A DNA stretch of 64,000 nt from contig CAZLTL010000004.1 of NCBI GenBank assembly GCA_964562525.1, forward strand, positions 6,171 through 70,170, written 5' to 3'. Both the position numbers and the translations under genes were made by a program. A model generated the notes under the pieces. It was not told where the DNA came from, ran no database searches, and worked only from the letters and a program-made list of their open reading frames with translations. How positions within the stretch are numbered: the first letter of the stretch is position 1; every line of letters starts with the position of its first letter. The stretch comes from an uncultured bacterium (GTDB taxonomy: Bacteria > Omnitrophota > Omnitrophia > Omnitrophales > Aquincolibacteriaceae). Shown piece by piece: positions 9,805-19,221 of the stretch.

Positions 9805-10920
9805 ATGACGACAGCAAAAAAATACGCGGTAAAAAAAATCGGAATTATCGAACGTTATCAGGAGTATTTGCCTGTGACGGATAAAACCCCGATTATTTCT
9901 TTGAATGAAGGCAATACCCCGCTTATCTTGGCGGAAGCTTTACCCAAAGAGCTTGGCCTCAAAAATATCCGTATTTATTATAAATTCGAAGGTTTAAATC
10001 CGACGGGTTCATTTAAAGATCGCGGCATGACGATGGCGATTTCCAAGGCCATGGAAGCTGGTGCAACAGCGGTGATGTGCGCTTCCACAGGCAATACTTC
10101 AGCGGCGGCAGCGGCTTACGCATCGCGTTGCGGCATGAAATGTTTCGTGCTGATCCCTGAAGGGAAGATTGCGAAAGGGAAGCTGGTGCAGGCTTACCGT
10201 TACGGCGCGACGACCATCATGATTCGCGGTAACTTTGATGACGCGCTTGAAATGGTAAAAGAAATGACCAAGGATGGAAAAATTACGCTGGTCAACTCTG
10301 TGAACCCTTACCGTATTGAAGGTCAAAAAACCGCGGCGTTTGAAATTATTGATGATTTGGGCGATGCCCCGGAATATCACGCGATTCCCGTGGGCAATGC
10401 GGGAAATATCACGGCTTATTGGAAGGGTTATAACGAATATAAAAAAGTCGGTAAGTCGGAAGTCTTGCCGAAAATGCTCGGCTTCCAAGCTGAAGGTTCG
10501 GCACCGATTGTTTATGACAAAATTTTTTCAAAGCCTGAAACGATTGCGACCGCGATCCGTATCGGCAATCCCGCAAGCTGGAAGGGCGCATTAGCGGCGC
10601 GCGATGAATCCGGCGGTTTAATTGACGCGGTGACTGATGAGGAAATTGGAAAAGCTTATCGTTTTATTGCCGAGCGCGAAGGTGTTTTTGCTGAGCCGGC
10701 ATCCGCTGCGGCTGTTGCGGGTGTGGTGAAGCTCGCGAAGAAAAATTACTTTAAAGAAGGTACGCGTATTGTGATTACGCTCACCGGCGCGGGGCTTAAA
10801 GATGTGGATTATGCTTTTAGTTTCAACGATGAAATCAAGGTAGCCGACGCGAAAGTGTCAGCTATCCGGGAGATTGTGGAAAATGAAGTACATACTGGTA
10901 GTTCTAGCCGGCGCTTGTGA
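9805..10920 (+). CDS. thrC: threonine synthase
   Basis: PLP-lysine motif SFKDRGMT. 371 aa. Follows hom with a 4 nt gap. Confidence 0.9.
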   Translation: MTTAKKYAVKKIGIIERYQEYLPVTDKTPIISLNEGNTPLILAEALPKELGLKNIRIYYKFEGLNPTGSFKDRGMTMAISKAMEAGATAVMCASTGNTSAAAAAYASRCGMKCFVLIPEGKIAKGKLVQAYRYGATTIMIRGNFDDALEMVKEMTKDGKITLVNSVNPYRIEGQKTAAFEIIDDLGDAPEYHAIPVGNAGNITAYWKGYNEYKKVGKSEVLPKMLGFQAEGSAPIVYDKIFSKPETIATAIRIGNPASWKGALAARDESGGLIDAVTDEEIGKAYRFIAEREGVFAEPASAAAVAGVVKLAKKNYFKEGTRIVITLTGAGLKDVDYAFSFNDEIKVADAKVSAIREIVENEVHTGSSSRRL

Positions 10921-12082
10921 TAAGCCGGTAGCCCAATTAGGTGAACGAACTCCGCTGGATGCTGCCAAGCTTTCCAATCTGCATTTCTTTGCCAAGTCCG
11001 GCAAGGTTGGAACAGTTAAGTTGCTGACGGACAAAACTCCTTTTTCTCCCGACGCGGTTTTAATGAACGCGCTTGGCTATGATATTCAAAAAGACTATCC
11101 CGGGCGCGGTCCTTTGGATGCCGCAAATTGTGAGCTGAATCTTGAGGACAATGAAGTCGCGTTTTCCATGCACTTTGTCACAGAGGCGAATGGTGTTTTG
11201 GCGGATTCGACTGCGGGGCTGATCTCGACTAAAGAAGCGCGCGTTTTGACGCATTTCCTGAATAAAAAATTAGCCAGTGATTTTGTGCGTTTTTATTCCG
11301 GCGGAGAATACCGCAATGTAGTTGTGATTAAAGACTCCCATGGTTTCGCGGCGCTTTCCGCGCGCACCCAGGATCCCCGGATGGTAGAAGGGAAAGTCAT
11401 TCAAGATATTTTACCGAAAGGTCCCGGCGATGAAGCTTTAAAAAAGCTGATGTTTGACGCGAAATTACTTTTGCAGGATCACGAAATCAATCAAGTGCGT
11501 GTCGATTTAGGACAGAACCCGGCCAACATGATTTGGCTTTGGGGGCAGGGGCGCCGTCCCGCGCTGACGCCGTTAAAAGAAAAATATGATTTTCAATCCG
11601 GCGCTATTATTGCCGCGCGTGAATACGCTTTGGGTTTGGCGAGGTTGACGGGGTTAACCGCCGTTGAAGTCCGTCAGGAAGGCTTGGAATTCCATGAGTA
11701 TTGCGAGCGCGTGGTAAAAGCTTTTCACGAAGCCGTTGAAGAAAAAGATTTTGTGATGGTTGTTTTGCATAGCGCTGAAGAAGCTTCGCTTGCGGGAGAT
11801 TTATCGTCCAAAGTCAGCTCGCTGGAGGCGACTGATTTTTTTGTGCTTTCAAAAATTCGTGAATACCTACAGAAAAATGTGGAGGCACGTTTGTTGATTA
11901 CGCCCGGTTTTTCCGCGGCGTTTGAAGAGCGGAATTACAACCGCGAAGCGGTTCCTTTCGCGATGATCGGGAAGAATGTTTTTCCGGATGATGTTGAGAA
12001 GTTTACCGAGCTTGCGGCGAAGGCTTCTGAGTTGAAGCTGGGGAAGCCGGCCGAGCTTATGGATCTTTTATTTAAATCATAG
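10883..12082 (+). CDS. cofactor-independent phosphoglycerate mutase (ApgM) family protein, the family proposed as a non-orthologous homoserine kinase
   Basis: [10 protein letters not shown].. N-terminus typical of archaeal-type iPGM-like proteins. Sits between thrC and lysC. Start is uncertain: the ORF overlaps the thrC end. Confidence 0.65.
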   Translation: MKYILVVLAGACDKPVAQLGERTPLDAAKLSNLHFFAKSGKVGTVKLLTDKTPFSPDAVLMNALGYDIQKDYPGRGPLDAANCELNLEDNEVAFSMHFVTEANGVLADSTAGLISTKEARVLTHFLNKKLASDFVRFYSGGEYRNVVVIKDSHGFAALSARTQDPRMVEGKVIQDILPKGPGDEALKKLMFDAKLLLQDHEINQVRVDLGQNPANMIWLWGQGRRPALTPLKEKYDFQSGAIIAAREYALGLARLTGLTAVEVRQEGLEFHEYCERVVKAFHEAVEEKDFVMVVLHSAEEASLAGDLSSKVSSLEATDFFVLSKIREYLQKNVEARLLITPGFSAAFEERNYNREAVPFAMIGKNVFPDDVEKFTELAAKASELKLGKPAELMDLLFKS

Positions 12083-12096
12083 TAGGGGTGAGGTTT

Positions 12097-13320
12097 ATGG
12101 CTCTTATTGTTCAGAAGTACGGCGGGTCTTCCGTTGCAAATGCGGAGCGTATTCGCAATGTCGCGAAGCGCGTTATCAAAACAAAAAAAGCAGGCAACAA
12201 AGTCGTTGTTGTTGTTTCAGCTATGGGTGATATGACGGATGATTTAATCACTTTATCGGAGCAAATCACCAAAAATCCGAGCGACCGCGAAATGGATATG
12301 CTGCTTTCAACCGGTGAGCAAGTTTCGGTCGCTTTGCTTGCAATGGCGATCGAAGAAATGGGGCATCCAGCCATTTCGATGACCGGTCCGCAAGTCGGTA
12401 TCATGACCGACACGCATCATTCTAAGGCGCGCATTGAAAATATTAAGGGTAGCCGCATCAAAGCCGCCTTGAAAGAAGGCAAAATTGTAATCGCAGCCGG
12501 TTTTCAGGGGCAAACAGCGACGGGCGAAATTACGACGCTGGGCCGCGGAGGATCCGATTTGACAGCCGTGGCTCTTGCCAAAGCTTTGGACGCGAAGCAT
12601 TGCGAGATTTACACCGACGTGGATGGAATTTATACGACTGATCCCCGCATTGTTCCGGATGCCCAGAAAATTGATGTGATCAGCTATGATGAAATTTTGG
12701 AATTAGCGTCGCTTGGTGCGAAGGTGATGCATTCACGTTCAATCGAAGTGGGTAAAAGATTCAATGTTCCGATTTATGTGCGAAATTCAATGAATGACAG
12801 GGAGGGTACTTTGATTACCAAAGAGAATAAAAAAATGGAAGATATCGTTGTGAGCGGAGCGGCTTTGAATGAAGACGAAGCGAAGATCACTTTGTTTGGT
12901 ATCCCTGACAGACCGGGTGTTGCCGCCAAGATTTTCAAAGATATTGCCGACGGTAATGTGAACGTCGATATGATCATTCAAAATAAAACCGAAACGGGCA
13001 AAACCGATTTGTCTTTCACGGTTTATAAAAGCGAGCTTTCCCGCGCGCTCAAAACGCTCGAGAAAATCGCAGATGAAGTCGGTGCTGATCGCGTGAGCTG
13101 CGATAAAAATATCGCGAAATTGAGCATTGTCGGAATCGGGATGCGTTCGCATACCGGTATCGCGTCCAAAATGTTTTCGGCCTTGGCGAAGAAAAAAATC
13201 AACATTGATATGATCGCGACTTCGGAAATCAAAGTGTCTTGCGTGATTGACGGCAATAAAGGCAAAGAAGCTTTGCGTGTTGTTCATGAAGCTTTTGGAT
13301 TAGGGAAGAAGCGTCGCTAA
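12097..13320 (+). CDS. lysC: aspartate kinase
   Basis: MALIVQKYGGSSV N-terminus and C-terminal tandem ACT domains. AGGGGTGAGG RBS upstream. Confidence 0.9.
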   Translation: MALIVQKYGGSSVANAERIRNVAKRVIKTKKAGNKVVVVVSAMGDMTDDLITLSEQITKNPSDREMDMLLSTGEQVSVALLAMAIEEMGHPAISMTGPQVGIMTDTHHSKARIENIKGSRIKAALKEGKIVIAAGFQGQTATGEITTLGRGGSDLTAVALAKALDAKHCEIYTDVDGIYTTDPRIVPDAQKIDVISYDEILELASLGAKVMHSRSIEVGKRFNVPIYVRNSMNDREGTLITKENKKMEDIVVSGAALNEDEAKITLFGIPDRPGVAAKIFKDIADGNVNVDMIIQNKTETGKTDLSFTVYKSELSRALKTLEKIADEVGADRVSCDKNIAKLSIVGIGMRSHTGIASKMFSALAKKKINIDMIATSEIKVSCVIDGNKGKEALRVVHEAFGLGKKRR

Positions 13321-13329
13321 GAATTTTTT

Positions 13330-14904
13330 ATGAGCGGGAAAAAGAATCAAAAAATCTGGCTCTATGACACCACCTTGCGTGATGGGACGCAGATGGAAGG
13401 GATTTCTTTGTCCGCGCATGACAAGGTTTTGATCGCGCGCCGTTTAGATGAATTTGGTATGCATTATATCGAGGGTGGCTGGCCGGGTTCTAATCCTAAG
13501 GACATGGCTTTTTTTGAAGAAATCCGCAAGGTGCCTTTGAAGCATGCCAAGATCGCGGCCTTTGGTTCGACGCGTAAAGCCAATGTTGCGGTCAAAGAAG
13601 ATAAGCAAATTCAAACTTTGCTTGATGCTAAAACGCCTGTTATCACCATTTTTGGAAAATCGTGGGATTTGCATGTGACCGACGTTTTTAAAACCACGCT
13701 CAAAGAAAATTTGAAAATGGTCGCGGAAAGCGTCGAGTATTTGAAGTCCAAGAAAAAAGAAGTGATCTATGACGCGGAACATTTTTTTGACGGCTTCAAA
13801 GCTAATCCGGAATACGCGCTGGAAGTGATCAAAACGGCCGCCGCCGCGGGCGCGGACAATATCTCTCTGTGTGATACGAATGGCGGCACTTTGCCGGAAG
13901 AGCTTGCGCATATCATGGATTTTATCCGCAAAGAAATCAAAACACCGCTTGGTATTCATTGTCACAACGACTCCGAGTTGGGCGTGGCAAATTCTTTGGC
14001 GGCTTTGCGTGCGGGAGCAGTACTCATCCAGGGAACTGTGAACGGGATCGGTGAGCGCTGTGGAAACGCCAATATTCTTAGCATTCTTGCAAATGCTCAA
14101 ATCAAGATGGGTTACGAAGCATTGCCGGAATCAAAGCTGAAAGCTTTAACGGGCCTTTCGCATTTTGTTGCAGAAATCTGCAATCAGAATTTATCGAATA
14201 ATCAGCCTTTTACGGGTCGATCAGCATTTGCCCACAAAGGCGGCGTGCATATTGATGCGATGGTGAAGAATCAGAAAACCTACGAGCATTTGAATCCGGA
14301 AAAAATTGGTAACACGCGTCATTACTTGGTTTCGGAGTTGGGCGGAAGAACCAATGTGCTTTTGAAGTCGAAAGAATTGAATTTGAATTTAGAGAAGGAT
14401 GCCCCTGAAACAAAAAAGATTTTGAGCGAAATTCAGCGGCTTGAAAATGACGGCTATCAATTTGAAGCCGCCGAAGCAAGCTTTGAAATTTTGGTGAAAA
14501 AGATTTTGGGTAAATTTAAGCCTTTCTTCGAGGTGAAGGCGGTTGCTGTGCGCAGTGAAAATATCGGCGGCGGACAGCCTAAAACGATTGCAGATGTAAA
14601 TATTGTTGCTAAAGGCAAAGAACTTTATCAGGCGGCTGAGGGCGATGGTCCGGTGAATGCGCTGGATCAGGCTTTCCGTAAGGCATTGATGGGGTCGTAT
14701 CCTGAAATTGAATCTATCCGCTTAACGGATTATAAAGTGCGCGTTGTGAATTCGCAGGCCGGAACGGCGGCGAAGGTGCGTGTGTTCATCGAGTTTCAGG
14801 ATGATGGTAAGACTTGGACGACAGTCGGTGTGCATGAAAATATCATTGAGGCGTCATGGAAGGCGCTTGTCGAAGCCATCGAATATAAACTTCTTAAAAG
14901 TTAA
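13330..14904 (+). CDS. cimA: citramalate synthase / 2-isopropylmalate synthase family (LeuA-like; the YIEGGWPGSNPKD motif suggests the CimA type)
   Basis: LYDTTLRDGTQ pyruvate-carboxylase-like TIM-barrel N-terminus and a C-terminal regulatory domain. 524 aa. Confidence 0.75.
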   Translation: MSGKKNQKIWLYDTTLRDGTQMEGISLSAHDKVLIARRLDEFGMHYIEGGWPGSNPKDMAFFEEIRKVPLKHAKIAAFGSTRKANVAVKEDKQIQTLLDAKTPVITIFGKSWDLHVTDVFKTTLKENLKMVAESVEYLKSKKKEVIYDAEHFFDGFKANPEYALEVIKTAAAAGADNISLCDTNGGTLPEELAHIMDFIRKEIKTPLGIHCHNDSELGVANSLAALRAGAVLIQGTVNGIGERCGNANILSILANAQIKMGYEALPESKLKALTGLSHFVAEICNQNLSNNQPFTGRSAFAHKGGVHIDAMVKNQKTYEHLNPEKIGNTRHYLVSELGGRTNVLLKSKELNLNLEKDAPETKKILSEIQRLENDGYQFEAAEASFEILVKKILGKFKPFFEVKAVAVRSENIGGGQPKTIADVNIVAKGKELYQAAEGDGPVNALDQAFRKALMGSYPEIESIRLTDYKVRVVNSQAGTAAKVRVFIEFQDDGKTWTTVGVHENIIEASWKALVEAIEYKLLKS

Positions 14905-14910
14905 GTTTTT

Positions 14911-15528
14911 GTGAAAAGACAGCTTCTTTCAAAAGTTTTGCCACTCGCTTTCTTGCTTCTTACTCTTTGTTCCACGGCATACGCAGATGCAGGCCTGCCG
15001 ATGATCTTTATAACTTTGCCCTCGATGCTTCTTGCACTTTTTCCGGTGATTCTGGTTGAGGCTTATATTTATTTCCGTTTCTTAAAAGTAGCGCCTAAAA
15101 AAATATTTGTAACATCTTTATTCTCTAACCTTGTTTCTACAGTTATCGGCTTCCCTTTAACATGGGGATTAAACACGATTTGTATGCTGATTATCGGTCT
15201 TTTGGCATTTTTTATTGGCCCGCTGCGAGAACCCGTATTTAGCTTATTTGAAAATCCTTTTGTCAGTTCGGTATTTTTTTATGCATGGTTAGGCCCGAAA
15301 TTTGAAGTATGGATGGTGCTTCTGGCAGTATTAGTGCACTTGATCGTCGCATTTTGGGTATCGATATTCATCGAATTTAAATTTACAAGTTGGTTTCTTA
15401 AAAGTGAGACGATTGATCAAGCTTTGCTTAAAAATACCGTTGTCCGCGCAAATCTGGTTAGCTATTTTTTGCTTATTAGCGTGTTAGTTTATGCAATTTG
15501 GCGTCATTCAAAAGGACAGCTTTTTTAA
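14911..15528 (+). CDS. hypothetical integral membrane protein
   Basis: 205 aa with multiple hydrophobic helices. Its stop overlaps the valS ATG (TAATG). Confidence 0.45.
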   Translation: MKRQLLSKVLPLAFLLLTLCSTAYADAGLPMIFITLPSMLLALFPVILVEAYIYFRFLKVAPKKIFVTSLFSNLVSTVIGFPLTWGLNTICMLIIGLLAFFIGPLREPVFSLFENPFVSSVFFYAWLGPKFEVWMVLLAVLVHLIVAFWVSIFIEFKFTSWFLKSETIDQALLKNTVVRANLVSYFLLISVLVYAIWRHSKGQLF

Positions 15529-18335
15529 TGAAAGAACTCGAAAAAAGATATAACGCTAAAGAGATCGAAGAGCGGATTTATAAGAATTGGGAAGAGAAAG
15601 GTTTCTTTCGTCCTGAATCTCAACCTCACCGTTCTTCTAAGGTTTCTCAAAATGGGTCAGATGCAAGGCGGCCGCAAGCGACCGCGGAGGCGCATCAAGG
15701 AGCATGCGCCGCACAAGGAAGCGCAGCGGGCAACGCCGCAGATGGCCATTTTCAGAAACCTTATGTCATTGTGATTCCGCCGCCGAATGTCACTGGCATT
15801 CTCCATATGGGGCATGCGCTCAACAATACCATTCAAGACGTCATGATACGCTTCAACCGCATGAAGGGCATTGAAACCCTCTGGGTGCCGGGCGTGGATC
15901 ATGCCGGTATCGCAACGCAGAATGTGGTCGAAAAGAAGCTCGCCAAAGAGGGTAAGCGCCGCTGGGATTTGGGCCGTGAAAAATTTCTCGAAGAAGTTTG
16001 GAAATGGAAAAAAGAATCCGGCGATACGATTACCCGCCAATTGCGCCGTCTCGGGGCTTCCTGCGATTGGTCGCGCGAAGCGTTTACGATGAATGAAAAT
16101 CTTTCCAAAGCGGTGCGCGAAGTTTTTGTCACGCTTCACGAAAAAGGGTTGGTCTATCAAGGTAACCGCATTATCAATTGGTGTCCGCGATGCCAAACAG
16201 CGCTTTCGGATGAAGAAGCAGAGCACAAAGATACCGAAGGCGGGCTTTATCATTTGAAATACTCCGTGGTTGGCAAGAAGGCGCCTTTCGAAAAAATGGG
16301 CGAAGATCACATCGTGGTTGCGACAACGCGCCCGGAAACCATGTTGGGCGATACGGCTGTCGCGGTCAATCCTGAAGACCCGCGCTATAAGCATTTGATC
16401 GGTAAAAAAATTCTTCTCCCGCTTGTGAATCGCGAGATTCCCGTGATTGCCGATGAATTTGTTGATCCGAAATTCGGAACCGGGATGGTGAAGGTGACGC
16501 CCGCGCATGACCCGAATGACTTTGAAATGGGCCAGCGTCACAATCTTCCGCAAATTAATGTCATGGCGCCGAATGGCAAAATGAATGAATCGGCCGGGCC
16601 GTATAACGGCATGGACCGTTTTGAAGCGCGCAAAAAAGTCATCGAAGACTTAGATGCTCAGGGGCTTTTCCTTAAGAAAGAAAAGCATATGCACGCCGTC
16701 GGGCAATGTTACCGCTGTCAAACTGTGGTGGAGCCTTATCTTTCCAAACAATGGTTTGTGAAAATGCAGCCGCTTGCTGATAAAGCTTTAAAAGAACACA
16801 AAGCAGGCAAAACAGTTTTTACACCCGACCGTTGGACCAAGGTTTATACCAATTGGCTTGAAGGAATTCGCGACTGGTGTATTTCGCGTCAGATCTGGTG
16901 GGGGCATCAAATTCCGGCTTGGTATGACGATGCCGGTAATGTTTTTGTTGCTCGCTCTGAAGCGGAAGCTTTGGCCGCGGCAAAAAAGAAAAACGGGAAA
17001 GACACGCCGTTGAAACAAGACCCGGACGTTCTAGATACCTGGTTTTCTTCGTGGCTTTGGCCTTTTTCTACTTTAGGTTGGCCCGACAAAAATCATCCTG
17101 ATTTGAAAAAGTTTTATCCGGGCTCGGATTTGATCACAGCGCCTGAAATTATTTTCTTCTGGGTGGCGCGCATGATTATGGCGGGCTGTGAGTTTTTGGG
17201 TGAAGTGCCTTTTAACCGCATTTATTTGCACGGCACCGTGCGTGATGATCAGGGCCGCAAAATGTCGAAGTCGCTCGGCAATTCAATTGATCCTTTGGAA
17301 GTGATCGAGGAAATGGGTGCTGATGCACTCCGTTGGTCGCTTGTTATGCTTTCTGCGCAGGATGTTTACCTTTCCCGCGAAAAATTTGAAGTTGGCCGTA
17401 ATTTTACTAATAAACTGTGGAATGCCTCGCGGTTTGTATTAATGGGGCTTGAAGGCTACACCGAGGGAACCACCGCACTGAAAGTCGATTCGAAAACCCT
17501 GCCGGCCGCGCACCGTTGGATTCTTTCAACCTTGGAAAAGAAAACCAAGTTGATTGAAAAAGAATTGGCGCAGTTCGGGTTGAGCCAAGCTTCGACTGAG
17601 CTTTATCATTTTGTCTGGAATGATTTTTGCGATTGGTTTATCGAGCTCGCGAAGCCGTATCTGCAAGATGAAAAGACCAAAAAAGAAACGCAGGCTGTAC
17701 TTTTTTATGTGCTCGAAAAGATTCTGCGACTTCTTCATCCGTTTATGCCGTTTACCACCGAAGAAATATGGCAGCGTTTCCGTGACTTGGCTCAGGATAA
17801 AGACCAATGGCCTGAAACGATTATGCACGCGAATTGGTCGGGCGATGTAACGGGCAGCATGAGCGATGAAACCGCTGAGAAAGAGATCGATCTTTTGCAA
17901 AGAGCGGTCACAGGTTTCCGCGATTTGCAGGTTTTACAAGGACAGTCTCTTAAGACAATGGCATGCGCTATTGTTGTTCATAATCCGCAAGTTCGCGGCT
18001 CGCTTGAAAGGCAATTACCCCAAATTGTTAAGCTCGCAAAAGTTCAATCGATTAGTTTTATCGATGCCAAAGACATGGATCTGTATTCCATGCGAGCCTA
18101 TCCGGATTTTTCTGTTTTAGTTCCGAAGGCGAGTGATTCTCAAAAAGAAACTGAGATGCTTGAGAAAAAAATCGCGGAACTCAAACCGTGGATTGAATCC
18201 ATGGAGAAAAAACTTTCGAACGAGAACTTCGTTGCGCGCGCACCCAAACAAGTGATTGACGGCGAAAAAGCCAAACTCGAAGATGCCAAAAAACTTCTCG
18301 TATCCTGCCAAGAACAGCTCGCTAAGCTCAAATAA
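15528..18335 (+). CDS. valS: valine--tRNA ligase
   Basis: HIGH motif PPPNVTGILHMGHAL and KMSKS motif KMSKSLGN. C-terminal coiled coil. Contains an unusual ~43 aa insertion before the HIGH region. Confidence 0.9.
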   Translation: MKELEKRYNAKEIEERIYKNWEEKGFFRPESQPHRSSKVSQNGSDARRPQATAEAHQGACAAQGSAAGNAADGHFQKPYVIVIPPPNVTGILHMGHALNNTIQDVMIRFNRMKGIETLWVPGVDHAGIATQNVVEKKLAKEGKRRWDLGREKFLEEVWKWKKESGDTITRQLRRLGASCDWSREAFTMNENLSKAVREVFVTLHEKGLVYQGNRIINWCPRCQTALSDEEAEHKDTEGGLYHLKYSVVGKKAPFEKMGEDHIVVATTRPETMLGDTAVAVNPEDPRYKHLIGKKILLPLVNREIPVIADEFVDPKFGTGMVKVTPAHDPNDFEMGQRHNLPQINVMAPNGKMNESAGPYNGMDRFEARKKVIEDLDAQGLFLKKEKHMHAVGQCYRCQTVVEPYLSKQWFVKMQPLADKALKEHKAGKTVFTPDRWTKVYTNWLEGIRDWCISRQIWWGHQIPAWYDDAGNVFVARSEAEALAAAKKKNGKDTPLKQDPDVLDTWFSSWLWPFSTLGWPDKNHPDLKKFYPGSDLITAPEIIFFWVARMIMAGCEFLGEVPFNRIYLHGTVRDDQGRKMSKSLGNSIDPLEVIEEMGADALRWSLVMLSAQDVYLSREKFEVGRNFTNKLWNASRFVLMGLEGYTEGTTALKVDSKTLPAAHRWILSTLEKKTKLIEKELAQFGLSQASTELYHFVWNDFCDWFIELAKPYLQDEKTKKETQAVLFYVLEKILRLLHPFMPFTTEEIWQRFRDLAQDKDQWPETIMHANWSGDVTGSMSDETAEKEIDLLQRAVTGFRDLQVLQGQSLKTMACAIVVHNPQVRGSLERQLPQIVKLAKVQSISFIDAKDMDLYSMRAYPDFSVLVPKASDSQKETEMLEKKIAELKPWIESMEKKLSNENFVARAPKQVIDGEKAKLEDAKKLLVSCQEQLAKLK

Positions 18336-19143
18336 AAGCGCCGCGCTTTCCAAAGCAACGCTTGAATCTATCCGTCTGGCCTTAAACGAAGATATCGGTT
18401 CCGCGGATATCACTTCACAATTATTGATTTTGTCATCCGCAAAAGGAAAAGCCGTCATCTTTTCCAAATCCGCCGGAGTTTTTTCCGGTCTGACCTCCGC
18501 CCAAGCTGTTTGTAAGCTGACCGGTGTTTCCATTCGGTTCTTTGTCAAAGAAGGCGCGTTGCTTAAAAAGAATCAGCGCGTGATCGAGTTGTCCGGAAAA
18601 ATGCATGCAATTTTAAAAGCCGAGCGCGTTTTGCTGAATTTAATCGGGCATTTATCCGGCATCGCAACTCAAACGGCTCAGTTTGTTCAAAAGGTTGAAG
18701 GGACAAAATGCCGAATCATTGATACGCGCAAAACCACGCCCCTTTGGCGCGAGCTCGAAAAAGCCGCCGTGCTTGCGGGCGGGGGTTTCAATCACCGTTT
18801 TGGTTTGTTTGATTATGTTTTGGTGAAAGAGAATCATCGCCGTTTCGGAAATTTAAAGAAACTGCGCGGAAAATTTGAAATCGAAGTGCGCGACTTCGAT
18901 GAACTTATGGAAGCTTTTGATTTGGGCGCGGAAGTTGCGATGCTCGATCACTTTACACCCGCTCAGGCGAAGAAAGCCGTCCAGCTCCGTAACCGCATCA
19001 GCCCGCAAACTTTTCTTGAAGCTTCGGGCAATATGACGCTCAAAACCGTGCGCGCTTACGCTGTGGCCGGTGTGGACACCATTTCAGTCGGCGCCCTAAC
19101 ACACTCTGTGTCTACCCATGATTTCAGTCTCATCGTTATTTAA
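18283..19143 (+). CDS. nadC: nicotinate-nucleotide pyrophosphorylase (quinolinate phosphoribosyltransferase)
   Basis: QPRTase family pattern (..LALNEDIG..DITS.., TIM-barrel C-terminus). The only ATG starts (18256 or 18283) overlap the valS 3' end by 53-80 nt. Confidence 0.75.
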   Translation: MPKNFSYPAKNSSLSSNKSAALSKATLESIRLALNEDIGSADITSQLLILSSAKGKAVIFSKSAGVFSGLTSAQAVCKLTGVSIRFFVKEGALLKKNQRVIELSGKMHAILKAERVLLNLIGHLSGIATQTAQFVQKVEGTKCRIIDTRKTTPLWRELEKAAVLAGGGFNHRFGLFDYVLVKENHRRFGNLKKLRGKFEIEVRDFDELMEAFDLGAEVAMLDHFTPAQAKKAVQLRNRISPQTFLEASGNMTLKTVRAYAVAGVDTISVGALTHSVSTHDFSLIVI

Positions 19144-19221
19144 ATTCTGCAACCCTGAGGCTTGCCTCAGGAGCTGTGGTCGTATGACCATTCCAGCGCA
19201 TGACTTCAGCCTCTTAATCGC

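Noticed and set aside
10099-10488. 129-aa minus-strand ORF inside thrC
   Set aside because: Antisense to a motif-verified thrC.
15664-15745. Clustered NotI/SacII/SphI sites as cloning-vector contamination
   Set aside because: Reading frame and flanking valS sequence are continuous, and the insert encodes a plausible low-complexity linker. Kept as a finding rather than dismissed.
15657-16553. 298-aa minus-strand ORF
   Set aside because: It lies entirely antisense inside valS, whose sense-strand protein carries the HIGH/KMSKS motifs. It is a shadow ORF from GC-rich coding sequence.
18256-18335. nadC start overlapping valS by 53-80 nt as a possible frameshift or error
   Set aside because: No in-frame alternative start exists downstream of the valS stop before conserved NadC residues. 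Long overlaps occur naturally, so the start is left uncertain.
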